Positions 17,904-28,121 of a stretch of DNA of 64,000 nt are shown here, piece by piece. A program made the position numbers and the translations under genes. The first letter of the stretch is position 1; each line of letters starts with the position of its first letter. Source of the stretch: Escherichia phage FFH2; sequence record KJ190158, one strand, 5' to 3'. The notes beneath the pieces were generated by a model. That model made no database searches and was not told the DNA's origin. It worked only from the letters and a program-made list of their open reading frames with translations.

Positions 17904-20215
17904 TCACCAAGGTAATTAAAAGCAACGGATGTGAAGTGGCATTCGATCCAGAACGTTTAAATAAGGCAGCTATTTTCGGTGACGACGGTAACGGCAATTG
18001 GTCACACATTGCACTGGATGCATACAAACGACTGTATGATGGATGTACAACCAAAGAAGTTAACCAAGCTATCATAGACTCCTGTGTTAGCCGTAAAGAC
18101 GAAGCACATTCCCGTATGGCTGGTCGTGTTCTTATTGGTCAGATTTATAAAGAGGCTTTTGGAGGGTTTACAAAGATCCCTTCCTTACCATCATTCTACA
18201 ATACCATGGTTGAGAAAGGGTATTGGGAGGATATGGGCTATAGCTTTACCGAGCTAAACACTTTAGACGCTGTTATTGACCACAGTAAAGATCTCGGTTA
18301 TGGCTATGCAGTCCTTAAACAGTTTCGCGACAAATACGGGATCAAGGATACTCTTAAAGACACCTTGTTTGAATCTCCCCAGATGATGTTTATGGGGATA
18401 GCAATGGCTGTCATGAAGAATATGCCGAAAGAACGTCGTATCAACGATGTTGTAAAATTATACACTTATCTGTCCGACTTAAAGATCAATGCCCCGACAC
18501 CGTACTTAAACGGGCTGCGCACAGGTAAGACAGGGTATGCATCTTGTTGTGTAATAAAAGCTGATGATACAGCAAAATCTATTGGTGTGGCACGTGAAGT
18601 TGCGTACACAATGACGGTTAACCAAGCAGGTATCGGCTACTATTTATCATCAAGATCTGCAGGCGATGGTGTTCGTGGTAACACTATTAAACACATGGGT
18701 AAGATTCCATATTATCGAGGTATTGATGCTGGGGTTAAGGAGAACAGACAACAATCACGTGGCGGTTCTGCAACAGTATCATTCCTTGCACTAGACCCGC
18801 AGATTGATGAGCTAATCCGTTTGAGAAACCCTATGACTGTTGCTTCAAAAAGAATCAACACCATGGACTACTCTATAGGTATTAATAGGTCGTTTATCAA
18901 CCGTGTGGCTAAGAATTTAGATTGGATGCTTGTTTCTTATAAGCACGCGCCTCAACTGCATGAAGGTATCTTCACCATGTCTATGGAGGAGTTTGATGCA
19001 GAGGTTGATCGTATCGCTAAAGATGACAGTATTCCTAAAACATGGATCCGAGCTAGAGATCTTGCTGTTGAACTGCTCACGCAGCGTATTGAGGTTGGAA
19101 GGCTGTTCGTATACTGGACAGACGAGATGAATAGACATACACCTTTTAAAGATGTGATCTATTCAAGTAACCTGTGTGCAGAAATAGCCCTCCCGACAAA
19201 AGGCTATTCAGATATGCGTAATATCTTCAAGCACGATGTTGATGATGGCGAAGTTGCATTGTGCTTCCTGTCATCACTTGTAGCTGGAAGGGTTACCCCA
19301 GAGGAGTATGAGGATGTTGCATATTACACGGTGCTTATGATTGACAATGTTATGGAAATCATGACATATCCGTATGAAAATATGGAGAGCACTGTTAAAA
19401 AACGCAGATCCATCGGAGTTGGCCTTACCAATGTTGCACATTTTATTGCCAGCCACAAGGTTACTTACGGATCTCCTGAAAGTAAACAGCTTGTTCACGA
19501 TCTTGCAGAACTTCACAGCTACAGCTTGCATAAGGCAAGTTTACGGTTGGCAAAAGAGCGTGGTGTCTGCGAGTGGATGCATAAAACAAAATATCCAGAA
19601 GGTTGGTTACCAATCGACACCTATAACAAAGAGGTCGATAGCGTGGTGAAAGATCCTTCTCTTAAACAGGATTGGGAAGGGTTACGTAAAGAAATCATTG
19701 AAAATGGTGGGCTACGTAATAGCGTTCTTGAAGCATATATGCCTAATGAAAGCTCTTCGCTGGCAACAAACACCACTAATGGGGTTTATCCTGTCCGTGA
19801 GCACATTATCTTTAAAAAATCGCCACAAGGGCAGGTGCTGTTTATCGTTCCTGACTATGATGAGTTGAAAGAGTATTACACCTCGGCTTGGGACGTTGAT
19901 ACTAACGACATGATCGATATGTATGCTGTGATTCAAAAATTCACAGGTCAGGCAATCAGCGCGGATTTATACATAGACTACACCAAGTTGAAAGATGGTA
20001 AAATTTCAATGAAGGAGCAGCTAGGGTATCTTATCCGTGCCACTAAATTCGGGATGAAGACATGGTATTATTTAAACTCCAGGGTTGGTGCTGGTGACTC
20101 CTTGGCAGAGGAACTTCATGCCAAGAAACAGGCTGAAGATGAAACCAGAAAGAACTATCCTTTGATTGCAGATAGTTCAGTTGAAGATCCGTATTGCGAA
20201 AGTTGTGCACTATAA
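17900..20215 (+). CDS. nrdA: ribonucleotide reductase class Ia alpha subunit
   Basis: 771 aa; N-terminal ATP-cone (VIKSNGCEVAFDPERL); C-terminal Cys pair (CESCAL); TTG start with GGAGGAAG SD. Confidence 0.88.
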   Translation: MITKVIKSNGCEVAFDPERLNKAAIFGDDGNGNWSHIALDAYKRLYDGCTTKEVNQAIIDSCVSRKDEAHSRMAGRVLIGQIYKEAFGGFTKIPSLPSFYNTMVEKGYWEDMGYSFTELNTLDAVIDHSKDLGYGYAVLKQFRDKYGIKDTLKDTLFESPQMMFMGIAMAVMKNMPKERRINDVVKLYTYLSDLKINAPTPYLNGLRTGKTGYASCCVIKADDTAKSIGVAREVAYTMTVNQAGIGYYLSSRSAGDGVRGNTIKHMGKIPYYRGIDAGVKENRQQSRGGSATVSFLALDPQIDELIRLRNPMTVASKRINTMDYSIGINRSFINRVAKNLDWMLVSYKHAPQLHEGIFTMSMEEFDAEVDRIAKDDSIPKTWIRARDLAVELLTQRIEVGRLFVYWTDEMNRHTPFKDVIYSSNLCAEIALPTKGYSDMRNIFKHDVDDGEVALCFLSSLVAGRVTPEEYEDVAYYTVLMIDNVMEIMTYPYENMESTVKKRRSIGVGLTNVAHFIASHKVTYGSPESKQLVHDLAELHSYSLHKASLRLAKERGVCEWMHKTKYPEGWLPIDTYNKEVDSVVKDPSLKQDWEGLRKEIIENGGLRNSVLEAYMPNESSSLATNTTNGVYPVREHIIFKKSPQGQVLFIVPDYDELKEYYTSAWDVDTNDMIDMYAVIQKFTGQAISADLYIDYTKLKDGKISMKEQLGYLIRATKFGMKTWYYLNSRVGAGDSLAEELHAKKQAEDETRKNYPLIADSSVEDPYCESCAL

Positions 20216-20254
20216 TTTTAAAGGGGCTTCGGCCCCATTTTAGAGGTTAGAATA

Positions 20255-21343
20255 ATGGCTGTATTTAATGCTGAGAACACCGCTCATAAAACTGGTGACT
20301 ATCCGCTGTTTCTAGGACAGCAAATGGGTATGTACGACTCTATCAACAAAAAATATCCACAACTGTTTGAACTATACAAAAAACAAAAAGAACAAGACTG
20401 GGCAGAGGATGAAGTGGATTTGTCGCAATCTATTTCAGATTTTGTAACATGCTCCAAGTCAACTTATGATGTGATGGTGCAGACCTTGATGTGGCAATGG
20501 GAGGCTGATAGCGTTGCGGCAAGATCGATCATCTGCCTCTTTTCACCATTCATCACTAATAGTGAGCTTTTCACTCTATTGATGAAACAGTCAGAGATTG
20601 AAGTTCTTCACGCACTAACTTACTCAGAGATTGTTAGACAATGCCTCCCCAATGCCCGTGAGATTATAGAAGAGATTCAGGAAAACCAAAACGTTCTGAG
20701 CAGATCTGGCGTTATTGTCAAATACATGCAAGAGCTTGAGGTTATTGGTGCAAAATACCGACTGGATCCTTCTAGTGTTAAAGAAGATATTGTGCGGAAA
20801 TGCATTCTTAGAGCGCTTTTTGCACTTTTAGCCCTGGAAAGTATTGAGTTTATTGCAAGTTTTGCATGCACTTTCGCAGTAGCTGAACAGGGTATTTTTG
20901 TTCAGGTGGCGCAGCTTGTTCAAAAAATCATGCTTGACGAAATGCTACACTCGAAAGGTGATTTTGCCATCATTGATATCCTGCTTAATGATCCGGCATG
21001 GGAGAAAAGCTTCCTTGAGATAAAAGGGGAGTTAAAAGAGATTCTTGATGAAGTACGAACCAAAGAGTACGGTTGGAGTGACTATATTTTCAGCGAAGGA
21101 AGAGCGATTATAGGTCTTAACTCACCGTTGCTTAAAGAATGGGTTGACTATAACTGCTCACCAATTTATGATTACTATGGCATCGACAAAGACTTTGTGC
21201 CGCCAACAAAGGACCCTCTACCGTTTATGCAGGTGTGGATGAAACCTTCATTGCAACAGACGGCGAACCAAGAAATGTCGAACACTGACTACCGCGTCAA
21301 CACAACTGTTAACGACGCTGAAGAAGAAATTTGGGAGTTTTAA
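20255..21343 (+). CDS. nrdB: ribonucleotide reductase class Ia beta subunit
   Basis: 362 aa directly after nrdA; ExxH iron-ligand pairs (EVLHA, DEMLH). Confidence 0.82.
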   Translation: MAVFNAENTAHKTGDYPLFLGQQMGMYDSINKKYPQLFELYKKQKEQDWAEDEVDLSQSISDFVTCSKSTYDVMVQTLMWQWEADSVAARSIICLFSPFITNSELFTLLMKQSEIEVLHALTYSEIVRQCLPNAREIIEEIQENQNVLSRSGVIVKYMQELEVIGAKYRLDPSSVKEDIVRKCILRALFALLALESIEFIASFACTFAVAEQGIFVQVAQLVQKIMLDEMLHSKGDFAIIDILLNDPAWEKSFLEIKGELKEILDEVRTKEYGWSDYIFSEGRAIIGLNSPLLKEWVDYNCSPIYDYYGIDKDFVPPTKDPLPFMQVWMKPSLQQTANQEMSNTDYRVNTTVNDAEEEIWEF

Positions 21344-21346
21344 TAT

Positions 21347-21625
21347 ATGAGCTGTGAAAAATCTTTTTTCTTTATTATTTACGGTAAAGATAACTGCCCA
21401 CATTGTGTAAGAGCAAAAGAATTTGCAGTCAGTAAGGGTCTGCCTTTTGTATATAAGACACTTGGCGAGGGTTACACAAAAGAAGAGCTTATTGAGAAGT
21501 GCAGTCCAATCGTACCCAGAACGTTGCCGCAGATCTTCTTAGAAAGTAATCTTGAAAGTGTCCATATAGGCGGTGCCGACGATTTCATCTCTTTTGTTAA
21601 AAATGGTTTTGGAGAGAAAAAGTGA
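21347..21625 (+). CDS. glutaredoxin/NrdH-like redoxin
   Basis: CxxC motif (DNCPHCVRAKEF); between nrdB and nrdD. Confidence 0.6.
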   Translation: MSCEKSFFFIIYGKDNCPHCVRAKEFAVSKGLPFVYKTLGEGYTKEELIEKCSPIVPRTLPQIFLESNLESVHIGGADDFISFVKNGFGEKK

Positions 21626-22482
21626 AAGTTGTAAAACGGGACGGTAGAGAAGAGTTCTATAACGGAATTAAGGTGATCAAGGCGGCAGAGTCCGCCTTAC
21701 TTGAGTCTGGACATACTGAAGAAGAAGCTTACCGGATCGCCTGCGCGGTTAATGAAGTTGTTGCTAACAATCTACCAACCGACCAGTGCACGATCTCTGT
21801 AAAAAATATCCATATCCTTGTTGAAGACGCTCTTATGGATATGGGTTTAAAATGTGCAGCCAGAGAATACATCCAGTATAGGCAGACAAGAGATAATAAC
21901 AGAGAGGCAGGTGGAAAACTGCTTGCAGATATTAGTGGCTTCTTGGATCGCACTTGTGATGAATTTACAAAAGAAAACGCAAATAAGCCTACCAATCATG
22001 TACACACTCATCGTGACCTGCTTGCAGGCATCCTTAGCAAACACCTTGCATCAACACAGATCCTGACAGACCGTGTCTCAGAAGAGCACAATAAAGGCTT
22101 CATCCATGTGCATGATCTTGACTACTTGATCAGTCCGTTAACAAACTGTTGTTTGGTAAATTATCCAGATATGTTGGAAAACGGATTCAACATTGGTAAC
22201 GCCCATGTCAGTAAGCCGAAGTCAATAGGGGTTGCAACAACAATCCTTAGCCAAATCTCTAGTGCAGTAGCTAGTGCTCAATATGGAGGTCAGACTATGA
22301 GCCATATTGATCATTATCTGGCACAGTATGCTGAAGCGACCTATGAGAAGAACCTTAAATTTTGCCAGGAACATTGGTTGCCAGATGCTGAGACTGTTGC
22401 AATGCAAATGACAGATAAAGACGTATTTGACAGCATGCAGACTTTGCTCTATCAAATCAATACGTTAACCTCTGTCAACGGT
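21622..22482 (+). CDS. nrdD: anaerobic ribonucleotide reductase NrdD, exon 1
   Basis: ATP-cone N-terminus (VVKRDGREEFYNGIK); reading frame ends ...SVNG then stop at the proposed 5' splice site (exon ends in U). Confidence 0.75.
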
Positions 22483-23280
22483 TAACAAACTGGCCGTTGT
22501 AAAACTCTCCTAACCTCATAAGAGGGGTCGGTAAATCCGGCTAACGGGGAACGCTAAGGCGAAAGCTATGCCAATCCCGTGACTAGTTCTTACAGGAGTT
22601 GGAACGGTTGTAACGACTAACGAAAGGCAGAGATGCTTGACAAACATTTCTGAACCAAGTAGTGTAGAGGTTAGTTGAAATACTAACTTCGAAATGGAGA
22701 GGCTCTATGAAAAAGATCATTCTTAATGGTGAAGAATCAAACTATGTGATTGATGAGGTTGGAAACGTATACGGAAAACGTGGAATGCTACACCCAATAT
22801 TGTGGGGAGGTTATGGAAAAGGTAACAAGCATGTTAAACGCCGTTATATGTACTCTTTCAACCACAAAGGTAAAAAGATTCGAATCCAAACCTCAAGGAT
22901 TGTTGCCTTGTATTGTTTGCCAGATGTCCCAGAAGACCCTGAAAACTGGGAAGTGAATCATAAAGACGGCAATACATTGAATGATCATCCGTCTAACCTA
23001 GAGTGGGTTTTGCCGGAAGATAATAAGAGACATGCTTTCCGAACAGGGCTTTGCCCAGGCAAGTGCTATAGGAAAGTGCAGGCATACAAAGGGAAAACCT
23101 TGGTGGGTGAATATCCTTCACTCTATGCCTGTGCAAAAGCCTTAAATTTGAACGTAGGTAACGTTCATAGGGCTATCGAAGGAAATGCCGAAGGTAAGCA
23201 TCTCACAATAAAGGGTTATTATCTTATTGAAGTAGAGTAAGAGATAGTCTGGCCCTGTGGAAACACAGGGGAGGAGACAG
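22483..23280 (+). mobile_element. putative group I intron interrupting nrdD, with internal HNH endonuclease ORF
   Basis: 798-bp insertion; splicing after T22482 and G23280 joins ...SVNG to QTPFITLSLG in frame; structured GC-rich flanks. Confidence 0.6.
22707..23240 (+). CDS. HNH homing endonuclease (intron-encoded)
   Basis: EVNHKDGNTLNDHPSNLEWV HNH motif; sits in the nrdD gap. Confidence 0.7.
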   Translation: MKKIILNGEESNYVIDEVGNVYGKRGMLHPILWGGYGKGNKHVKRRYMYSFNHKGKKIRIQTSRIVALYCLPDVPEDPENWEVNHKDGNTLNDHPSNLEWVLPEDNKRHAFRTGLCPGKCYRKVQAYKGKTLVGEYPSLYACAKALNLNVGNVHRAIEGNAEGKHLTIKGYYLIEVE

Positions 23281-24543
23281 CAGACTCCATTCATCACATT
23301 AAGTTTAGGACTGGATACCTCGGTCTTTGGTAGAATGATTACCAAAAATTACTTGAAAGTCCACAAAATGGGTCTTGGTGAAGAACGTATCACACCTGTG
23401 TTCCCTAAAGTGCTGTTCTTCCTAGAAGAGGGTGTCAACATGAACCCTGGAGATCCTAACTATGATTTGAAAAGATTGGCTCTGGAATGCTCTGCAGAGC
23501 GGATTTATCCTGACTTTGTTTCTGTTCCACTAAATCGTAAAGTGACAGGCTCGACAGATGGTAAAGTAACGAGCATGGGTTGCCGGAGTTTTCTTAGCAA
23601 ATACAATGACTTGGAAACAGGCGAGGAGAAATACCTTGGCAGATTTAACTTAGGCGTTGTTAGCCTTAACCTGCCAATGATTGCGGCAAAAGCTAAAACG
23701 GAAGGTGTTGATTTCTTTGCAGTTCTTGACGAATACTTGGATCTTGCATACGAGGCTCACCTTGTAAGGGTTAACCGTCTAAAAGGAACAAAGGCAGGGC
23801 AGAACCCTATCATGTGGTGTGAAGGCGCTCTTGCTCGCCTGGATCCTGAAGAGAGTATTGATAAACTCTTCTATGACGGGTACGCTTCCATCAGTATTGG
23901 GTATATTGGTGTGTATGAAACCTGTCAGATTTTGGGCAGAGAGGGTGACAAGGCTTTAGCTCTTGGAATCCTTCAGCACATGAAAGATGCTTGTGAGCGA
24001 TATAAGAAGGAAAGTGGACTAGCATTTAGCTTGTACGGCACCCCTTCTGAGAGTTTATGCTATAAAGCTGCAACCTGTCTGGATCGTGAATATCCAGAAG
24101 TGTTGAAGCACGAGCATGAATACCTCACCAACAGTTTCCATCAGCCAGTATGGATCAATAGTTCACCTTTTGATAAGTGGAAGTATGAAGAAGGTTTTGC
24201 TATGATCTCTTCTGGTGGCAACATTGGATATATAGAGACACCTAACCTGAAAAACAACCTGGATGCTTTAGAGGCTCTTGTTGACTTCGGGTATAAACAC
24301 ATTATGTATTTTGGTATTAACCAACCTGTGGATAAATGTCTCAAGTGTGGTTTCTCTGGTGAGTTCAGTGCAACAGCTAAAGGCTTTGTATGCCCAGAGT
24401 GTGGAAACCATGAAGAGGGAACGATCAGTGTAATTCGACGTGTGTCCGGATACCTTTCCAGTCCTAACTCCCGTCCTTACAATAAAGGTAAGCAAGCGGA
24501 AGTTATCGAGCGAGTTAAGCACTATGGAAGTTGTAGTTGCTGA
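23281..24543 (+). CDS. nrdD: anaerobic ribonucleotide reductase NrdD, exon 2
   Basis: C-terminal glycyl-radical motif RVSGY and Zn ribbon CLKCG...CPECG. Confidence 0.78.
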   Translation, partial: QTPFITLSLGLDTSVFGRMITKNYLKVHKMGLGEERITPVFPKVLFFLEEGVNMNPGDPNYDLKRLALECSAERIYPDFVSVPLNRKVTGSTDGKVTSMGCRSFLSKYNDLETGEEKYLGRFNLGVVSLNLPMIAAKAKTEGVDFFAVLDEYLDLAYEAHLVRVNRLKGTKAGQNPIMWCEGALARLDPEESIDKLFYDGYASISIGYIGVYETCQILGREGDKALALGILQHMKDACERYKKESGLAFSLYGTPSESLCYKAATCLDREYPEVLKHEHEYLTNSFHQPVWINSSPFDKWKYEEGFAMISSGGNIGYIETPNLKNNLDALEALVDFGYKHIMYFGINQPVDKCLKCGFSGEFSATAKGFVCPECGNHEEGTISVIRRVSGYLSSPNSRPYNKGKQAEVIERVKHYGSCSC

Positions 24544-24606
24544 TACTTGACAAAAGCTACAAGGATGTGGCATATTATTGACACACAGTGAGCTAGGAGG
24601 TACAGT

Positions 24607-24723
24607 ATGTCTACAGGTATTTATAAAATTTGCAAGTGTGGTTGTCGTTGCAATCTTCGTTGGTGCAAGGCACTGGACGATTTTATTTGGCATTGCCCTA
24701 AATGTGATGCGGAGTATCTATGA
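24607..24723 (+). CDS. small Cys-rich zinc-ribbon-like protein (38 aa)
   Basis: AGGAGG SD; CKCGCRC ... CPKC; ATGA overlap with nrdG start. Confidence 0.4.
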   Translation: MSTGIYKICKCGCRCNLRWCKALDDFIWHCPKCDAEYL

Positions 24724-25193
24724 ACATTGCCGGATACACAGAAATATCTTACACCGAAGGACCAGGTATTAGAACTGCCTTATGGGTATCTGGGTGCCCA
24801 CACGCTTGCCCTGGTTGCTTTAATCAGGCATTTTGGTCAAAAGATAAGGGGAGAGAGTTTACTGAAGAAGATTTGCAAAAAATCTTGTCAGATTTAGATA
24901 ACCCGTCTGTGTGCGGTATCTCTCTGCTGGGTGGAGAACCATTAGCATACTATAATGAGCCAGATATTATTAGCCTGATGGAGAAAATTAAGGAAAAATT
25001 TGGTGACAAGAAAACTATTCTTGTATATACTGGGTTCACATTTGACCATATCTCTAGTGATGTTCTTAAACTGGCTGATATCATCATTGACGGTAAGTAT
25101 GTAAAAGATTTACCAACCAAGAAACCGTTCCGAGGTAGCGATAACCAAAGAATGTTTAAAAAAGTAGCAGGCGGTTGGGTTCAGGTAGACTAG
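24720..25193 (+). CDS. nrdG: anaerobic RNR activating protein (radical SAM)
   Basis: CPHACPGC (CxxxCxxC) in GPGIRTALWVSGCPHACPGCFN. Confidence 0.85.
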   Translation: MNIAGYTEISYTEGPGIRTALWVSGCPHACPGCFNQAFWSKDKGREFTEEDLQKILSDLDNPSVCGISLLGGEPLAYYNEPDIISLMEKIKEKFGDKKTILVYTGFTFDHISSDVLKLADIIIDGKYVKDLPTKKPFRGSDNQRMFKKVAGGWVQVD

Positions 25194-25196
25194 TTG

Positions 25197-25226
25197 TTGA
25201 CAAAGCTTTGTTTAGATAGGTATAAT
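25197..25226 (+). promoter_or_regulatory. consensus sigma70 promoter (TTGACA-18-TATAAT)
   Basis: Perfect hexamers read directly. Confidence 0.55.
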
Positions 25227-25257
25227 TATCGTAAAATGAAAGAAGAGGGGGTGCCAA

Positions 25258-25371
25258 ATGGCTAAAAAAGCCTTGAAGAAGGCGTACAAAAAAGAGATTG
25301 CGCTTGAGCTTAAGAAAAAACACAAGCGTGAAAAGAAATATCATGAGGATGAAGAGGGGGTGCAACAGTGA
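25258..25371 (+). CDS. small lysine-rich protein (37 aa)
   Basis: Below ORF-track cutoff; SD present; stop overlaps the GTG start of the next gene. Confidence 0.35.
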   Translation: MAKKALKKAYKKEIALELKKKHKREKKYHEDEEGVQQ

Positions 25372-25718
25372 CACAAGAACGTATCGATTTGGCTAATAAG
25401 TTTGTAGATCTCATTTTGCCACGGTTAGTTACTCAACATGCAGATGCTATTTCTACTAATCTTGATGGCTTACGTCTAATGCTGAATCGCACAGATGACC
25501 CTCGTATTCGGGCTGATTTAGAAGCCTCTGCCAACAAACTGGAAAAGTTCTTGCAAGTGGACACGCAAGAAGCCTTGCACAAGATCATGGTGGAAGGTTT
25601 CTCTAAAGAATTTACCGTTAAAGAGCTTAAGGAGCTGATCCACCAAGAAGAGATGAATATCCGAGTTCAGGCTGTTGCAAGCAGCATGGAAGCGGCTATT
25701 GAAAAACTGTTGCAGTAA
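25368..25718 (+). CDS. hypothetical protein (116 aa)
   Basis: Co-oriented ORF. Confidence 0.4.
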   Translation: MTQERIDLANKFVDLILPRLVTQHADAISTNLDGLRLMLNRTDDPRIRADLEASANKLEKFLQVDTQEALHKIMVEGFSKEFTVKELKELIHQEEMNIRVQAVASSMEAAIEKLLQ

Positions 25719-25756
25719 AAGTACTTGGCACATCTCAATCTGAAAGGAGTCCCAAC

Positions 25757-26545
25757 ATGGGTCGAGCTAAAGAAACAAAACGCATGCGTGATGAAGCTAG
25801 AGAGGCTCGCAAATCTGATCGCCTGCGTAAGGCTGCTGAGAAATTTGCTGACGAAAGAGAGCACACTGCTCCAGCTCTCCGACCAATGAATAAGAAGCAG
25901 CAAAAGTATCTTGATTATCTAGGGTCACGTAAGATTATTATTGTAAACGGTGTGTTTGGATCCGGTAAGACGTTCATGGCATCTGCATATGCAGGTGATC
26001 TTCTGCGTAAGAACGAGATTGATAAGATCATTGTTGCACGTCCTTACGTTCAGACAGGAAAGACTTCAGGATTTAAACCTGGAAATGCAATGCAGAAACT
26101 GTGGCCCTATCTTCGAAGCATGATGGACACGATTTGTCGTCGTGTTGGCAAAGGTGCTTTTGCCGCAATGCTGGGAGACGGTCAGAACAGCCGTATCGAG
26201 ATTTGTGAGGTTGAAAGCATTCGTGGTCGTAGTTTCGATGAGCGATGCTTTGTCCTGATTGACGAGGCACAGCAAACTAACCCTGAAGAAATGTTGTCAA
26301 TTATCACAAGGATCTCTGATCAGGCCACCCTTGTAATTATGGGCGATAATAGCCAACGTGACATCCCTGGTAAATCTGGCCTTGCATGGGTGACGGATTT
26401 CTTTACTCGTCATCCAGATCCTGAGGTTGGAATGATCAGCTTTGATAGTCCAGACGATGTTGTTCGTTCCGGGTTGGGTCGTCAGATTGCACTCAATCTT
26501 ATTGAGGATCGTGCAAATCATATTTGGACCCCTGTTTCCGAGTAA
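25757..26545 (+). CDS. phoH: PhoH-like ATPase
   Basis: Walker A GVFGSGKTF; PhoH-like length and layout. Confidence 0.8.
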   Translation: MGRAKETKRMRDEAREARKSDRLRKAAEKFADEREHTAPALRPMNKKQQKYLDYLGSRKIIIVNGVFGSGKTFMASAYAGDLLRKNEIDKIIVARPYVQTGKTSGFKPGNAMQKLWPYLRSMMDTICRRVGKGAFAAMLGDGQNSRIEICEVESIRGRSFDERCFVLIDEAQQTNPEEMLSIITRISDQATLVIMGDNSQRDIPGKSGLAWVTDFFTRHPDPEVGMISFDSPDDVVRSGLGRQIALNLIEDRANHIWTPVSE

Positions 26546-26589
26546 TACAGAAGGGTGGTTATTCCACCCTTAGATATCTAAAACAGCTG

Positions 26590-26618
26590 TTGACAAACAG
26601 GTAAGATTTAGATATTAT
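26590..26618 (+). promoter_or_regulatory. sigma70-like promoter (TTGACA-17-TATTAT)
   Basis: Read directly. Confidence 0.45.
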
Positions 26619-26648
26619 TACCGGACAAGACAAGGAGAAGGAGATAGT

Positions 26649-26960
26649 ATGGCTACAATACAAGAGAGGCTGAATAAAATATACTGCCTGTTTGTCTATA
26701 ACGGCGAGACAATTTTGGCATATAAAGGATCCAAGAATGTATGGATCAAGGACAGTGGTGGTAATATAATCAACTTAGCGTTGCTACGTGAGCGCCGACA
26801 CAGATTCTTTATCGAGTCTCGGATTATTGAAAGCAACACCTGCTACAGAACAGGCGATAAAGTGATTGTTGACAATGATACGTGGTATGTGGTAGACTGG
26901 CAATCATTGAGCTGTGATGCTTCTGACAATCGTAAGTATTCCCTAGTGATTGCTAAATAA
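26649..26960 (+). CDS. hypothetical protein (103 aa)
   Basis: ORF with GGAGAAGGAG SD. Confidence 0.4.
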   Translation: MATIQERLNKIYCLFVYNGETILAYKGSKNVWIKDSGGNIINLALLRERRHRFFIESRIIESNTCYRTGDKVIVDNDTWYVVDWQSLSCDASDNRKYSLVIAK

Positions 26961-27020
26961 AGGTAAATGTGAATCAGGTTTAAATAAATAGCTTTCAACT
27001 TCCAATATTAAGGATTTCTC

Positions 27021-28070
27021 ATGAATTTAACACCTCGCAGCACCATGGTACACGGCATGAAAGAAAAACAGAACGGTTTCGAACCTATGAGTAATAAAAT
27101 GTTTGGTATGCCGGGTGGTATTATGGAAACATACAGCTACCCAACACCTGTTGTTGACCACGTTCTTTATATCGACGATTTGGAAGACTTACAAGATCAT
27201 ATGTCTCGTCTGCAGACGATCCGTATGGCTCAGCCGGAAGAAAGCATTCGGGTGATCATCAATAGCCCTGGGGGTTGCGTGCACATTGCAATGGCTTATC
27301 TGCAGGCATTCCGCGAGTCTCAGGCAAGCGTTGTTGCACATGCCGAAGGGATGTGTTGCTCTGCTGGAACAATCTTATGGCTTGGTTGCAAAGAACGTAC
27401 TGTGGCTCCGGACACAGAATTTATGTTCCACTACTATCAAGGTGGCACTTATGGTAACGGTGTGAACATGAATACTCAGGTCAGCTACTGGAAAAAACGT
27501 TTTGAACGCCTGATCGAAAAATACTACGGTGGGGTGCTGACAGAAGATGAGATCGCATCCATCACAGCTGGTGGCGAAGTGTGGTTGGACGGAGAAGAGC
27601 TGGCAGCACGCACTGGAGCTATTATTCTGGATGAAGGCAACATACAACGCATCCAGAACGGACAAAAACCGAAAAAGCTTCTGGCAAAAGGTGATGAGGA
27701 AGGCGTGTTAGGTGAAGCAGGTCTTCCGGAGATTCACCAGTGCACATCTTTAGATGAGTTAGTTCATGCTGTTGAATCTGCAAAAGCGGGCGGTTCGAAA
27801 GGTGATGTTCACACCGTGTTCCTGAACCTGCAGATGGAAAGTGGCGAGACCGTCAGAATTGCCCTGGGTGAAATTACTTCAGAAGATCTGCAGAGATTCT
27901 CTGTCGTTGAACTTCAGGATATTCTGTCTCAATTGAAGACTACTCTGAACGGCGGTGAAGAGGTTAAGGTGAAAGATAAGACTCGCAAGCGTCTGGTGGA
28001 TAATATTATTAAAACAGCAAAAGAGCTCAATGAAAAAATCCTGGGTGCAGGAATTGTCGAAGAAGTTTAA
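27021..28070 (+). CDS. ClpP-family serine protease with C-terminal extension
   Basis: INSPGG, active-site Ser context GMCCSAGT, His context MFHYYQGG parallel ClpP. Confidence 0.7.
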   Translation: MNLTPRSTMVHGMKEKQNGFEPMSNKMFGMPGGIMETYSYPTPVVDHVLYIDDLEDLQDHMSRLQTIRMAQPEESIRVIINSPGGCVHIAMAYLQAFRESQASVVAHAEGMCCSAGTILWLGCKERTVAPDTEFMFHYYQGGTYGNGVNMNTQVSYWKKRFERLIEKYYGGVLTEDEIASITAGGEVWLDGEELAARTGAIILDEGNIQRIQNGQKPKKLLAKGDEEGVLGEAGLPEIHQCTSLDELVHAVESAKAGGSKGDVHTVFLNLQMESGETVRIALGEITSEDLQRFSVVELQDILSQLKTTLNGGEEVKVKDKTRKRLVDNIIKTAKELNEKILGAGIVEEV

Positions 28071-28082
28071 ACATTAATTCTA

Positions 28083-28106
28083 AAGCCCTCTTCGGAGGGC
28101 TTTTAT
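28083..28106 (+). terminator. intrinsic terminator (AGCCCTC ttcg GAGGGCT + TTTT)
   Basis: Read directly after the protease gene. Confidence 0.7.
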
Positions 28107-28121
28107 GATCTGGAGATTTGC

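Noticed and set aside
18917-19531. Antisense and out-of-frame ORFs inside nrdA (for example 18917..19138, 19274..19531), and similar ones inside nrdD, thyX and other long genes
   Set aside because: Fully embedded in well-supported genes with conserved motifs; typical shadow ORFs.
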